Of a stretch of DNA of 43,168 nucleotides, positions 17,581 through 26,507 are shown piece after piece. The notes beneath the pieces were generated by a model. It worked only from the letters and a program-made list of their open reading frames with translations, did not search any database and was not told where the DNA came from. Position 1 is the first letter of the stretch; every line of letters begins with the position of its first letter. Origin of the DNA: Anaerolineales bacterium (lineage in GTDB: Bacteria; Chloroflexota; Anaerolineae; Anaerolineales; RBG-16-64-43); NCBI GenBank assembly GCA_046260075.1, contig JBJYXS010000364.1, positions 1 through 43,168 of the forward strand, in the 5' to 3' direction. A program made the position numbers and the translations under genes.

Positions 17581-18975
17581 CTATTTGGCCTTAACCTGCC
17601 GGATCTGCGTTACCACCGCTGCTGCGACCAGGCAGGCAATCCCCGCCACCAGGAACGCGGTCCGGTAATCGCCGACGGTGAAGGTTTTTTCCACCAGCTC
17701 ACCCGCGGCGTCCTGGGCCTGATAGGGAACGTTATCAATGTCCCGCATCAGGACGGCCGCCAGGTCCGGGCCGGCGATTCCCCCGGCGCCGTAGGCGGTG
17801 AACATCCATCCGTAGTTTGCACCGATGTTCTTGGTGCCGAAGAAATCCGCCGTGAGGGCTGGGTAGAGTGCCAGGTATCCGCCGAAGCACAGCCCGACGA
17901 TCGACACGCCCAGCAGGTAGAGCGGATAGGCGTGGAACAGGTCGAGCGCCAGCATCGTCACCCCGCACAGGATGAACATGATGATGAGCGCGGATTTGCG
18001 GCCGATCTTGTCGGAGACGGTCCCCCATACGATCCGGCCCGTGGAATTGAAGATGGCCAGAATGGAAACCGCCATCGCCGCCGCCGCAGCGATCTGTCCG
18101 AAATCGGATTCGAGGATCGGCGGCGTCATGCCGGCGATCGAGAAGGATTGCCAGATCGGCGACGCCTTCATGATGACCTGCAACCCGGCCGCGCATCCGG
18201 CGAAGTAGGTGATCCACAACAGCCAAAAAGCCGGCGTGCGGACCATTTCTGCGGGCGAGAGATCCACCGCCGCGGACGCCTTTCCCTTCTTGGGCTGGGG
18301 CGGGGTCCACCCGGCGGGAACATACCCGTCCGGCGGGTTGCGCAGCAGCTGGGCTCCGGCCACGACGCACACCAGGAAGATCACCCCCAGGACCAGGAAG
18401 GTGTTGAACACGCCCAACTTCGGCAGCGGGAACAGGGATGCTCCCAGCAGTTGGTAGGATCCGCCGGAGATCATCGCCTTGGCCAACGGCGCGAAGAAGA
18501 ACGCGCCCGCCCCGAAACCCGCCACCGCCAGGCCGGTGATCAACCCGCGCTTGTCGGGGAACCATTTAACGCAGGTGGCGATCGGGCAGACGTACGCGGC
18601 GCCGATTCCCACGCCGCCCAGGATCGAGAACGTCACGATCAGCCACACCAACGCGGTGCCCGATGGAAATGCCTCGGTAAACTTGGCGAGGATCAATCCC
18701 GCGCCGAGGATGATCCCGCCGACGGTGGCCACGATACGCGGCCCCGTCCGGTCCTGGATCCTCCCGGCGAAAATCACCGCCAGGGCGAAGGCCGCCAGCA
18801 CGATTTGAGCGGGCAGGGTGACCATCGTCTCGCTCCAATCCGAAAACACGGCCTTAAGCGGCGTCTGGAACACGCTCCAGATGTACACCGCGCCGAGGCT
18901 GACCTGGATCACCAGCGCCCCGACGACCACCAACCATCGGTTCATCGTTTTTTCCGTTGCCATTTCCTCCTCCAT
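17581..18975 (-). CDS. MFS transporter, oxalate/formate antiporter (OFA)-like family
   Basis: Twelve-TM-type sequence whose N-terminus NRWLVVVGALVIQVSLGAVYIWSVF is typical of OFA-family MFS proteins. The start is uncertain: ATG 18963 (MATEKT) lies directly behind GGAGGAGGAA, which is formed by the MEEE codons. Confidence 0.85.
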   Translation of the reverse strand: MEEEMATEKTMNRWLVVVGALVIQVSLGAVYIWSVFQTPLKAVFSDWSETMVTLPAQIVLAAFALAVIFAGRIQDRTGPRIVATVGGIILGAGLILAKFTEAFPSGTALVWLIVTFSILGGVGIGAAYVCPIATCVKWFPDKRGLITGLAVAGFGAGAFFFAPLAKAMISGGSYQLLGASLFPLPKLGVFNTFLVLGVIFLVCVVAGAQLLRNPPDGYVPAGWTPPQPKKGKASAAVDLSPAEMVRTPAFWLLWITYFAGCAAGLQVIMKASPIWQSFSIAGMTPPILESDFGQIAAAAAMAVSILAIFNSTGRIVWGTVSDKIGRKSALIIMFILCGVTMLALDLFHAYPLYLLGVSIVGLCFGGYLALYPALTADFFGTKNIGANYGWMFTAYGAGGIAGPDLAAVLMRDIDNVPYQAQDAAGELVEKTFTVGDYRTAFLVAGIACLVAAAVVTQIRQVKAK

Positions 18976-19016
18976 GCTGTCTCATTGCCCGGCTCGACTG
19001 TCTTCCGGGTTGTTTT

Positions 19017-19055
19017 CAGAAAATCGGCCGGACGCTGTTGCCAATGCGTCCGGCC
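19017..19055 (-). terminator. Rho-independent terminator after acs
   Basis: On the minus strand: GGCCGGACGC, 10-nt loop, GCGTCCGGCC, then GATTTTCTG. Confidence 0.65.
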
Positions 19056-19081
19056 GTCGGTCGACCGAAGGATTTGGGGGG

Positions 19082-21061
19082 TTATCCACCCCGCCCCTTG
19101 ATCAGCTTCTCCACGATGCTGGGATCGGCCAGGGTGGTGATGTCGCCGAGGTTGTCGGTTTGATTCTCGGCGATCTTCCGCAGGATCCGGCGCATGATCT
19201 TGCCGGACCGCGTCTTGGGCAATCCCTCGGCGAACTGGATGATCTCCGGCGTGGCGATCGGGCCGATTTCCTTGCGGACATGCTTGACCAGTTCCTTCTT
19301 CAACTCGTCGCTCTCGGTGATGCCCGCCTTGAGGGTGACGAAGGCATACAGCGCCTGGCCCTTGATGTCGTGCGGCATCGGGCAGACGGCGGCTTCCGCC
19401 ACCTTCGGATGCGCCACCAGCGCGCTTTCCACCTCGGCGGTGCCGATGCGGTGCCCGGAGACGTTGACCACGTCGTCGATCCGGCCCATCAGCCAGTAAT
19501 CGCCGTCCTCGTCCATGCGGCAGCCGTCGCCGGTGAAGTACATGTTCTCGTACATGGTGAAGTAGGTGTCGATGAAGCGGTCGTGATCGCCCCAGGTGGT
19601 GCGCATCATCCCCGGCCAGGGCCGGCGGACGCAGAGTTTCCCGCCCTCGTTCGGGTCGCACGGCGTCCCGTCATCGCGCAGCACCACCGGATCCACGCCG
19701 AACCACGGACGGTTGGCGCTTCCCGGCTTGAGAGTCATCGCCCCCGGCAGCGGGGTGAACAGGAAGCCGCCGGTTTCCGTCTGCCAGTAGGTGTCCACAA
19801 TCGGACAGCGGCTGTGGCCGATCTTTTCGTAATACCAGATCCAGGCCTCGGGGTTGATCGGTTCCCCCACGGTGCCGAGTATCCGCAGGCTGTCGAGCTT
19901 GTATTTGGCCGGCCATTCCTCTCCGGAGCGCATCAGCGCGCGGATCGCGGTCGGCGCGGTGTAGAAAACGGTGACTCCGAATTTGTCGACCACCTGCCAG
20001 AACCGTCCGGCATCCGGGTAGGTCGGGATGCCTTCGAAGATGATCGTGGTCGCCCCATTGGCCAGCGGGCCGTAGACGATGTAGCTGTGGCCGGTGACCC
20101 AGCCGATGTCGGCTGTGCACCAATAGACGTCGTCCTCATGGATGTTGAACACTTGCTTATGGGAGAGCGCCACGTGCAGCAGGTACCCGGCGGTGGTGTG
20201 CACCACGCCCTTGGGCTTTCCGGTGGAACCGGAGGTGTAGAGGATGAACAGCAGATCCTCGGCCTTCATCTTCTCCGCCTCGCACTCCTCGGAGGCTTTG
20301 GCCATTTCCTCGTGCCACCAGGTATCCCTCCCGTCCTGCATGTTGCACGGATCGTCGCTCACCTTTACGGTGATGCAATGTTCGATGCTCGAGGTCTTCT
20401 TCATCGCCTCGTCGGCGATGTCCTTCAGTTTGATGTGCTTCCCGCCGCGGAGCGAGACATTGGAGGTGATGAGCAGCTTGCAGTCGGAGTCGTTCGCCCG
20501 GCCGCTGATCGCATCGGCGCTGAAGCCGCCGAAGATGACGTTGTGGATCGCGCCGATCCGCGTGCAGGCCAGCATGGCGATGGCCAACTCGGGAACCATG
20601 GGCATGTAGATCGCCACACGGTCGCCCTTTTTAATCCCCTTTGACTTCAACACGTTGGCGAACTTGCAGACTTCCTTATGCAGTTCTTCGTAGGTGATCT
20701 TGCGGGTGTTGGAGTCCTCGTCGCCCTGGAAGATGATTGCCGTCTTTTTTGCGGTGGGGGTGCCCAGGTGCCGGTCCAAGCAGTTGTAGGAGATGTTCAA
20801 TTCGCCGTCGGCGAACCAAGTGTGTTCGATGGTCCGGTTCTTTGTGTTCCAGGTGTACTCGAGACTCTTGGTGGGTTTTTTAAACCACGTCAGCATCTCG
20901 GCCTGTTTCAGCCAGAAGGCGTCCGGATCGTTGATCGATTGCTCCCACAGTTTTTGATATTCCTCGAGTGATTTCACATACGCGGTTTTCGTGACCGAAT
21001 CAGGGGGAGGGAACTTCCGATTTTCGGTCATCAGAGAACTGATAGATTTTCCTTGTGCCAT
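19082..21061 (-). CDS. acs: Acetyl-CoA synthetase (AMP-forming)
   Basis: MAQGKSISSLMTENRKFPPP... with WWHEEM, YTSGSTGKPKGV, DIGWVTGHSY and the C-terminal PKTRSGKIMRRILRKIA, which contains the regulatory acetyl-lysine motif. ATG 21061 is preceded by AAGGAG. Confidence 0.97.
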   Translation of the reverse strand: MAQGKSISSLMTENRKFPPPDSVTKTAYVKSLEEYQKLWEQSINDPDAFWLKQAEMLTWFKKPTKSLEYTWNTKNRTIEHTWFADGELNISYNCLDRHLGTPTAKKTAIIFQGDEDSNTRKITYEELHKEVCKFANVLKSKGIKKGDRVAIYMPMVPELAIAMLACTRIGAIHNVIFGGFSADAISGRANDSDCKLLITSNVSLRGGKHIKLKDIADEAMKKTSSIEHCITVKVSDDPCNMQDGRDTWWHEEMAKASEECEAEKMKAEDLLFILYTSGSTGKPKGVVHTTAGYLLHVALSHKQVFNIHEDDVYWCTADIGWVTGHSYIVYGPLANGATTIIFEGIPTYPDAGRFWQVVDKFGVTVFYTAPTAIRALMRSGEEWPAKYKLDSLRILGTVGEPINPEAWIWYYEKIGHSRCPIVDTYWQTETGGFLFTPLPGAMTLKPGSANRPWFGVDPVVLRDDGTPCDPNEGGKLCVRRPWPGMMRTTWGDHDRFIDTYFTMYENMYFTGDGCRMDEDGDYWLMGRIDDVVNVSGHRIGTAEVESALVAHPKVAEAAVCPMPHDIKGQALYAFVTLKAGITESDELKKELVKHVRKEIGPIATPEIIQFAEGLPKTRSGKIMRRILRKIAENQTDNLGDITTLADPSIVEKLIKGRGG

Positions 21062-21338
21062 GGCATCTCCTTTTGGCTGTCGGCCTGCGGCAAATAACGC
21101 ATGGAAGGCGTCCTGCGCGTTCCGGATCACGCAATTTACCGTTGGCTATGGGATTAATGACGGTATGAACGGCGGCTGTGGATCGCCGCCGCCGTGGATG
21201 TCGCATTCGCCGCGGCTATTCTAGTCGCGCCGATGGGGAGTGTCAATCCTGATCCTCACTTGGGAGCTTTCGGACCTCAAAGGAGATCGTGATTTTTTCA
21301 ACAATCTTTCTCTTTCCGCCGGACGACCGGATTTCCTG

Positions 21339-23780
21339 CTAAGCCAGTTCGGCCTCGACAGCCACTTCATCACCCTCTGCGGGCAGCGGGACAAGATTCC
21401 CCGGAATGGGCCGGCCGTTCACCTTGAGCGAGACCGCGTTCCCCTTTCCCTTGCGGACGACCGAGATCCTGTAGGTCACCCCGCGGAATTTTCGGACCGC
21501 CTGGAATCCGGGCCATTGTGACGGGATCACGGGCGCGATCTGCAGTCCTTGCAAGGTGGGCCGGATGCCGAGGATGTGCTGGGTGACGGCGCAAAAAGCC
21601 CATGCCGCCGTCCCGGTCAACCAGGAGTTCTTCGCCTCGCCGTGAGTCGGGGCGTCCTTTCCGGCGATCATCTGCGGATAGACGTACGGCTCGCAGCGGT
21701 GCAGATCGCTGATGGACTCCCGCGCCGACGGATTGATCCGGGTGTAATAATCGTGGGCCCGGTCTCCGTTTCCGGCCATCGTTTCAGCGATCATGATCCA
21801 GGGATTATTGTGGCAGAAGATTCCCGCGTTTTCCTTGTATCCGGGCGGATAGGAGGAAATCTCGCCGTATTCGATATAGTACCGGCTGAAGGCCGGCTGG
21901 TTGAGGACGATCCCGTGCCGTGTGGCAAGCCGCTCCTTCACCGATTCCAGAGCCCGTTGGGCGGTTCCGTCCTCGAATCCGATCCCCGCCATCGTGCAGA
22001 TCCCCTGGCTTTCGATGAAGATCTGGCCCTCGGCGCATTCCCGGGAACCGACCTTGCGTCCAAAATCGTCGTAGGCGCGGAGGAACCACTCGCCGTCCCA
22101 CCCGTGGCGCCGGACGGTTTTCCGCATCCGCGTGGCTTCCCAGCGGTACCGTTTGGCGTCCCCGCGGCGGTCGAGGAATTCGGCCAGGTCCGCCAACTCA
22201 TTGGCGGCCATGACGAACAGCCCGCCGATGAAGACCGACTCGGCCGTTTTGCCTTCCTTGTTGGTGGTGGTTTGAAAGGACTCGCCGGGAGTGTCGGAAA
22301 AGCAGTTCAGGTTCAGGCAATCGTTCCAATCCGCGCGGCCGATCAGCGGCAAACGGTGCGGGCCGAGCCGGCGTAGCGTGTACTGGACGGCCCGCTGCAG
22401 ATGTTCGAATAAGGGCTTGGCGGTGGCAGGCTGATTTTCATACGGGACCTTCTCATCGAGGATGGCGATGTCGCCGGTCTCCTTGATGTACGCGGCGACT
22501 CCCAGGATCAGCCACAATGGGTCATCGTTGAAATTGCTGCCGACGCCGTTGTTGCCGCGCTTGGTCAGCGGCTGATACTGGTGGAACGCGCCGCCGCTGC
22601 GCAATTGCGTGGCGGCCAGGTCGAGGATCCGTTCCCGGGCCCGTTGCGGAACCATATGAACAAATCCCAGCAGATCCTGATTGGAATCCCGGAACCCCAA
22701 ACCGCGTCCGACTCCGGATTCAAAGAACGAGGCCGAGCGCGACATGTTGAATGTGGCCATGCACTGATAGGCGTTCCAAATGTTCACCATCCGGTCGGTG
22801 TGCTTGTCGGGCGTCTTGACGTGAACGACGGAGAGGGTTTCGTCCCAATACTGCTGCAGTTCGCGGAAGGCCGTTTCCACCTTCCGGGAGGTGTCGTATT
22901 TGGCGATCGTCGCCTTCGCCGAACGCTTGTCGATCGTCTGCGAGCGGGGCGGAAGGAATTTGCGGTCCTTCGGATTCTCCTGATAACCGAGCAGATAGAT
23001 GATTTCCTTGGTCTGGCCCGGCTGGAGGGTCAACCGGACATGGTGTGATCCGATCGGCGCCCAACCGTGGGCGATCGAGTTCGCCGACCGCCCGCGTTCC
23101 ACCACCTGCGGGCTTTCCCAGCCGCGGTAGGCGCCGAGGAAGTCGTCGCGCTGGGTGTCGAAGCCGGCCGGTTTCTTGGAACAGGCGAAATACGCAAAGT
23201 GATCGCGGCGTTCGCGGTACTCGGTTTTGTGGTAGATCACCCCGTCTTCAACTTCGACCTCGCCCAGCGAAAAATTGCGCTGGAAGTTGGTCTGGTCGTC
23301 CCAGGCATCCCACAGGCAGAACTCCACCAAGGAAAACGCCGAGAGCCGGGCGGGCTTCTTGCGGCGGTTGGTGAGCGTCAGCTGCCAGATCTCCAACTGC
23401 TCGCCCATCGGCACAAAATAGCGGGTGCTGGCTTCGATCCCCTTGTAAGTGGAACCGATGACGGTGTATCCCATCCCGTGCCGGCAGCTGTAGCGTTCGG
23501 CCTTGTGCCGGGTGGGCATCCAGGAGGGGGACCAGAAAACACCGCTGGCGTTGTCGCGCAGGTAAATGTACCGTCCGCCCATGTCGAACGGCACATTGTT
23601 GTAGCGGTAGCGGGTGATCCGCCGAAGGCGCGCATCCTTGTAGAAGGAATAGCCGCCGGCGGTGTTGGAGATGATTCCGAAGTAGTCTTCGCAGCCGAGA
23701 TAGTTGATCCACGGCAGGGGAGTATCGGGCCGGGTGATGACGTACTCCCTGCGTTCATCGTCGAACTTGCCGTAACGCAT
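21339..23780 (-). CDS. GH94 glycoside phosphorylase (cellobiose/cellodextrin/chitobiose phosphorylase family)
   Basis: 813 aa counted from ATG 23780 (SD AGGAG). The N-terminus MRYGKFDDERREYVITRPDTPLPWINYLG...SNTAGGYSFYKDARLRRITRYRYNNVPFDMGGRY closely resembles characterised cellobiose phosphorylases as I recall them. The 71 extra codons in the track are spurious. Confidence 0.95.
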   Translation of the reverse strand: MRYGKFDDERREYVITRPDTPLPWINYLGCEDYFGIISNTAGGYSFYKDARLRRITRYRYNNVPFDMGGRYIYLRDNASGVFWSPSWMPTRHKAERYSCRHGMGYTVIGSTYKGIEASTRYFVPMGEQLEIWQLTLTNRRKKPARLSAFSLVEFCLWDAWDDQTNFQRNFSLGEVEVEDGVIYHKTEYRERRDHFAYFACSKKPAGFDTQRDDFLGAYRGWESPQVVERGRSANSIAHGWAPIGSHHVRLTLQPGQTKEIIYLLGYQENPKDRKFLPPRSQTIDKRSAKATIAKYDTSRKVETAFRELQQYWDETLSVVHVKTPDKHTDRMVNIWNAYQCMATFNMSRSASFFESGVGRGLGFRDSNQDLLGFVHMVPQRARERILDLAATQLRSGGAFHQYQPLTKRGNNGVGSNFNDDPLWLILGVAAYIKETGDIAILDEKVPYENQPATAKPLFEHLQRAVQYTLRRLGPHRLPLIGRADWNDCLNLNCFSDTPGESFQTTTNKEGKTAESVFIGGLFVMAANELADLAEFLDRRGDAKRYRWEATRMRKTVRRHGWDGEWFLRAYDDFGRKVGSRECAEGQIFIESQGICTMAGIGFEDGTAQRALESVKERLATRHGIVLNQPAFSRYYIEYGEISSYPPGYKENAGIFCHNNPWIMIAETMAGNGDRAHDYYTRINPSARESISDLHRCEPYVYPQMIAGKDAPTHGEAKNSWLTGTAAWAFCAVTQHILGIRPTLQGLQIAPVIPSQWPGFQAVRKFRGVTYRISVVRKGKGNAVSLKVNGRPIPGNLVPLPAEGDEVAVEAELA

Positions 23781-24079
23781 ACCAACTTCTCCTGGAGGGG
23801 GTTTTTCCCAATTTCGAGTCTGCCCCCTTCGCCGCCTTCTCGCGGCGGGCCGTATTATACACGGCCGAACGCCGGGGAGCACTCCTCCGCCATCTGCATG
23901 AGCAGACGGGCAAAGAATCTCCGGGCGCCGCCCCCCATCCGACCGCCGATGTACGGCTGCTCCGTAAAGCAGACCAAAGGATTCGGCCCGCACGCCGGCG
24001 ACGGAGAGGGAACTCCCGCTCCGTCACGGAGAATCGACCGAATCCGGTCCGGTCAACGGCGGCAACGATATAATGAAGT

Positions 24080-25603
24080 ATGCCCACCACCCCCCAACTC
24101 GTTGGATTTGACAACGAAAAATACCTCCGCGAGCAGACCGCGGCAATTCTCGAGCGTGTCCGGGCGTCCGGCAATAAACTCTATCTGGAATTCGGCGGCA
24201 AGCTGCTGTTCGACATGCATGCCTCGCGCGTCCTTCCCGGGTTCGACCCGTGCGTAAAAATGCGCCTGCTAAACAACCTCAAGGACCAAGCCGATATTAT
24301 CCTTTGTATTTACGCCGGCGACATCGAACGCCGAAAAGTGCGCGCGGATTTCGGGATCACGTATGACGACGATGCCATCAAACTCATTGATGATCTGGCG
24401 GAGCGCGGCGTGGCGGTGACGGCGGTGGTCATCACCCGTTTCGAGGATCAACCGGCAGCGATAATTTTTAAAAACAAGCTGGAACGGCGCGGTATGCGCG
24501 TCCTCACCCACAAGGTCATCCGCGGTTATCCGACCGATGTGGAACACATCGTCAGCGAAGCAGGCTACGGACGGAACGACTACATCGAAACAACGAAGCC
24601 TCTGGTAGTGGTCACCGCCCCCGGCCCCAACAGCGGCAAATTATCCACCTGCCTTTCACAGCTCTATCACGAAAACCGGCGCGGGATTAATGCCGGGTAC
24701 GCGAAATTCGAGACATTCCCGATCTGGAACCTGCCCCTCAAGCATCCGGTGAACGTCGCCTACGAAGCCGCCACCGCCGACATACAGGATTTCAATCTGA
24801 TCGATCCCCACCACTTGGAAGCCTACGGCAAGATCGCCGTTAATTACAACCGCGACGTGGATCTCTTCCCGGTGGTCAAACGCATTCTTGAAAAAATCAC
24901 CGGCGCGAAATCGGTCTACCAATCCCCGACCGACATGGGAGTCAACAAGGCCGGCTTCGGCATCGTCGACGACGAGGCGGTCCGCGCGGCGGCCAAGCAA
25001 GAAGTCATCCGCCGTTATTTCCGCAGCGCTTGCGAATACGCCATGGGCCTGGGCGAACAGGAGACGATCCGGCGCGAGGAATTGTTGATGCAGGAACTGG
25101 GGATCCAGGTACAGGACCGCTCCACGGTGCTTCCGGCCCGGGCGGCGGCCCGCGAGGCGGAGCAGACCGGGAAAGGCCACAAGGGGATCTTCGTCGGGGC
25201 GGCGATCAAGCTTCCGGACGGATCGATCGTCGTCGGCAAGAATTCGGTGCTGATGCACGCCGCCTCCGCAACCGTGCTGAACGCCATCAAGGCGCTGGCG
25301 GGGATTCCGGACCGGATGCACCTGCTGGCGCCGAACGTCATCGACGCGGTCGGCCGGTTTAAAAAGGAGACCTTCGCGGCCGGGAACGCCAGCCTTTCGC
25401 TCGATGAGGCTCTCATGGCCCTGGCCGTCAGCGCCACTACCAATCCCACGGCCCAGGAAGCGGTGGCCCGGCTCAAGGACCTGCGCTGCTGCGAGATGCA
25501 CCTGACCCACCTGCCGACCTCGGGCGACGAAGCCGGCCTGCGCCGCCTGGGCGTCAACCTGACCAGCGAACCGCAATTCGCCGGCAAGAACCTGTCGGGG
25601 TGA
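24080..25603 (+). CDS. DUF1846 / UPF0371-family protein, function unknown
   Basis: 507 aa. GFDNEKYLREQ..., LYLEFGGKLLFD, VTAPGPNSGKLSTCLSQLYHE and FPIWNLPLKHPVNVAYEAATADI match my recollection of the UPF0371 family. Confidence 0.8.
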   Translation: MPTTPQLVGFDNEKYLREQTAAILERVRASGNKLYLEFGGKLLFDMHASRVLPGFDPCVKMRLLNNLKDQADIILCIYAGDIERRKVRADFGITYDDDAIKLIDDLAERGVAVTAVVITRFEDQPAAIIFKNKLERRGMRVLTHKVIRGYPTDVEHIVSEAGYGRNDYIETTKPLVVVTAPGPNSGKLSTCLSQLYHENRRGINAGYAKFETFPIWNLPLKHPVNVAYEAATADIQDFNLIDPHHLEAYGKIAVNYNRDVDLFPVVKRILEKITGAKSVYQSPTDMGVNKAGFGIVDDEAVRAAAKQEVIRRYFRSACEYAMGLGEQETIRREELLMQELGIQVQDRSTVLPARAAAREAEQTGKGHKGIFVGAAIKLPDGSIVVGKNSVLMHAASATVLNAIKALAGIPDRMHLLAPNVIDAVGRFKKETFAAGNASLSLDEALMALAVSATTNPTAQEAVARLKDLRCCEMHLTHLPTSGDEAGLRRLGVNLTSEPQFAGKNLSG

Positions 25604-25684
25604 ACATCGCTCCAAAAGCGGATCCGGAGAGCGCTTCTCACCCCCCTTCCGGCGCCCCGGAATTTTCTATCCAACCGCTTTTGC

Positions 25685-25713
25685 TTGACATTCCCCTCCC
25701 CCGCGGTTAGAAT
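25685..25713 (+). promoter_or_regulatory. Sigma70-like promoter of the tRNA operon
   Basis: TTGACA (25685-25690), 17-nt spacer, TAGAAT (25708-25713). It sits 36 nt upstream of tRNA-Phe. Confidence 0.6.
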
Positions 25714-25748
25714 TCCCGCGCTGTTAAGCTGGGCATCCGATCCCATCC

Positions 25749-25821
25749 GCCGAGATAGCTCAGTTGGTAGAGCACGCGACTGAAAATCGCGGTGTCCCCA
25801 GTTCGATTCTGGGTCTCGGCA
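25749..25821 (+). tRNA. tRNA-Phe (GAA)
   Basis: Cloverleaf read by eye: acceptor GCCGAGA/TCTCGGC, D-arm GCTC-AGTTGGTA-GAGC, anticodon loop CTGAAAA, T-arm CCCAG-TTCGATT-CTGGG. No encoded CCA. Confidence 0.95.
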
Positions 25822-25842
25822 CCTCCGCGGAAGCGGGATTTT

Positions 25843-25914
<72 letters not shown>

Positions 25915-25949
25915 CTATAAACGCCCCGGAAACGGGGCGTCTGTTTCTC

Positions 25950-26020
25950 GGCGACGTCGCCAAGTGGCAAGGCAGGGGTCTGCAAAACCCCCACCGTGGG
26001 TTCGAATCCCACCGTCGCCT
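25950..26020 (+). tRNA. tRNA-Cys (GCA)
   Basis: Acceptor GGCGACG/CGTCGCC, anticodon stem-loop GGGGT-CTGCAAA-ACCCC, T-arm GTGGG-TTCGAAT-CCCAC. Confidence 0.95.
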
Positions 26021-26145
26021 CTCTCGCGGGCGGCCTTCTCGGGCCGCCCGTTGGCTTTAAATAAAGGACGGGATGTACTGGATAAATCAAGACTGACGGG
26101 GGTTTTTCACTATAGAAAATCCTGTACATCCTGAGTCATCCTGTC
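26003..26145 (+). repeat. Direct repeat copy 1: 3' part of tRNA-Cys plus 125 nt downstream
   Basis: 143 nt, identical to 26271-26413 except at two positions (26078 C/T and 26102 G/A). Confidence 0.9.
26027..26050 (+). terminator. Terminator-like hairpin after tRNA-Cys; repeated at 26295-26318
   Basis: CGGGCGGCC, loop TTCTCG, GGCCGCCCG, followed by TTGGCTTT. Confidence 0.55.
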
Positions 26146-26192
26146 AATCCTGTCTATCATTACTCCCTCTTGAAATAGTCAGCCGCCTATCC

Positions 26193-26288
26193 GGCAACCT
26201 CGCCAAACGGCAAGGCAGGGGGATTGTAAAACCCGTGGGTTCCCTGGCCCACACGGCAACGCCGTGCGGGCGAATCCCACCGTCGCCT
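26193..26288 (+). pseudogene. Decayed tRNA-Cys copy with a ~29-nt hairpin insertion in the T-loop
   Basis: It aligns to tRNA-Cys but has two acceptor-stem mismatches (GGCAACC against CGTCGCC). The anticodon region is altered to GGGGGATTGTAAAACCC. The T-arm GTGGGTTC/GAATCCCAC is split by the insertion CCTGGCCCACACGGCAACGCCGTGCGGG. Confidence 0.6.
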
Positions 26289-26413
26289 CTCTCGCGGGCG
26301 GCCTTCTCGGGCCGCCCGTTGGCTTTAAATAAAGGACGGGATGTATTGGATAAATCAAGACTGACGGGGATTTTTCACTATAGAAAATCCTGTACATCCT
26401 GAGTCATCCTGTC
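26271..26413 (+). repeat. Direct repeat copy 2
   Basis: See copy 1. The offset between copies is 268 bp. Confidence 0.9.
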
Positions 26414-26507
26414 CATTACTGCTCCCTGTCCATCCTGTCCACTCCCATCGGGGGTACAATCAACAGGCAGTAGGAGCTCATCCCGGCCAATCACCGGAGG
26501 TAATCCG

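Noticed and set aside
17548-20644. Long plus-strand ORFs (517 aa and 608 aa) opposite the MFS and acs genes.
   Set aside because: They are antisense to two genes with unambiguous family motifs, and their translations are Arg/Gly/His/Asp-rich with no domain signatures.
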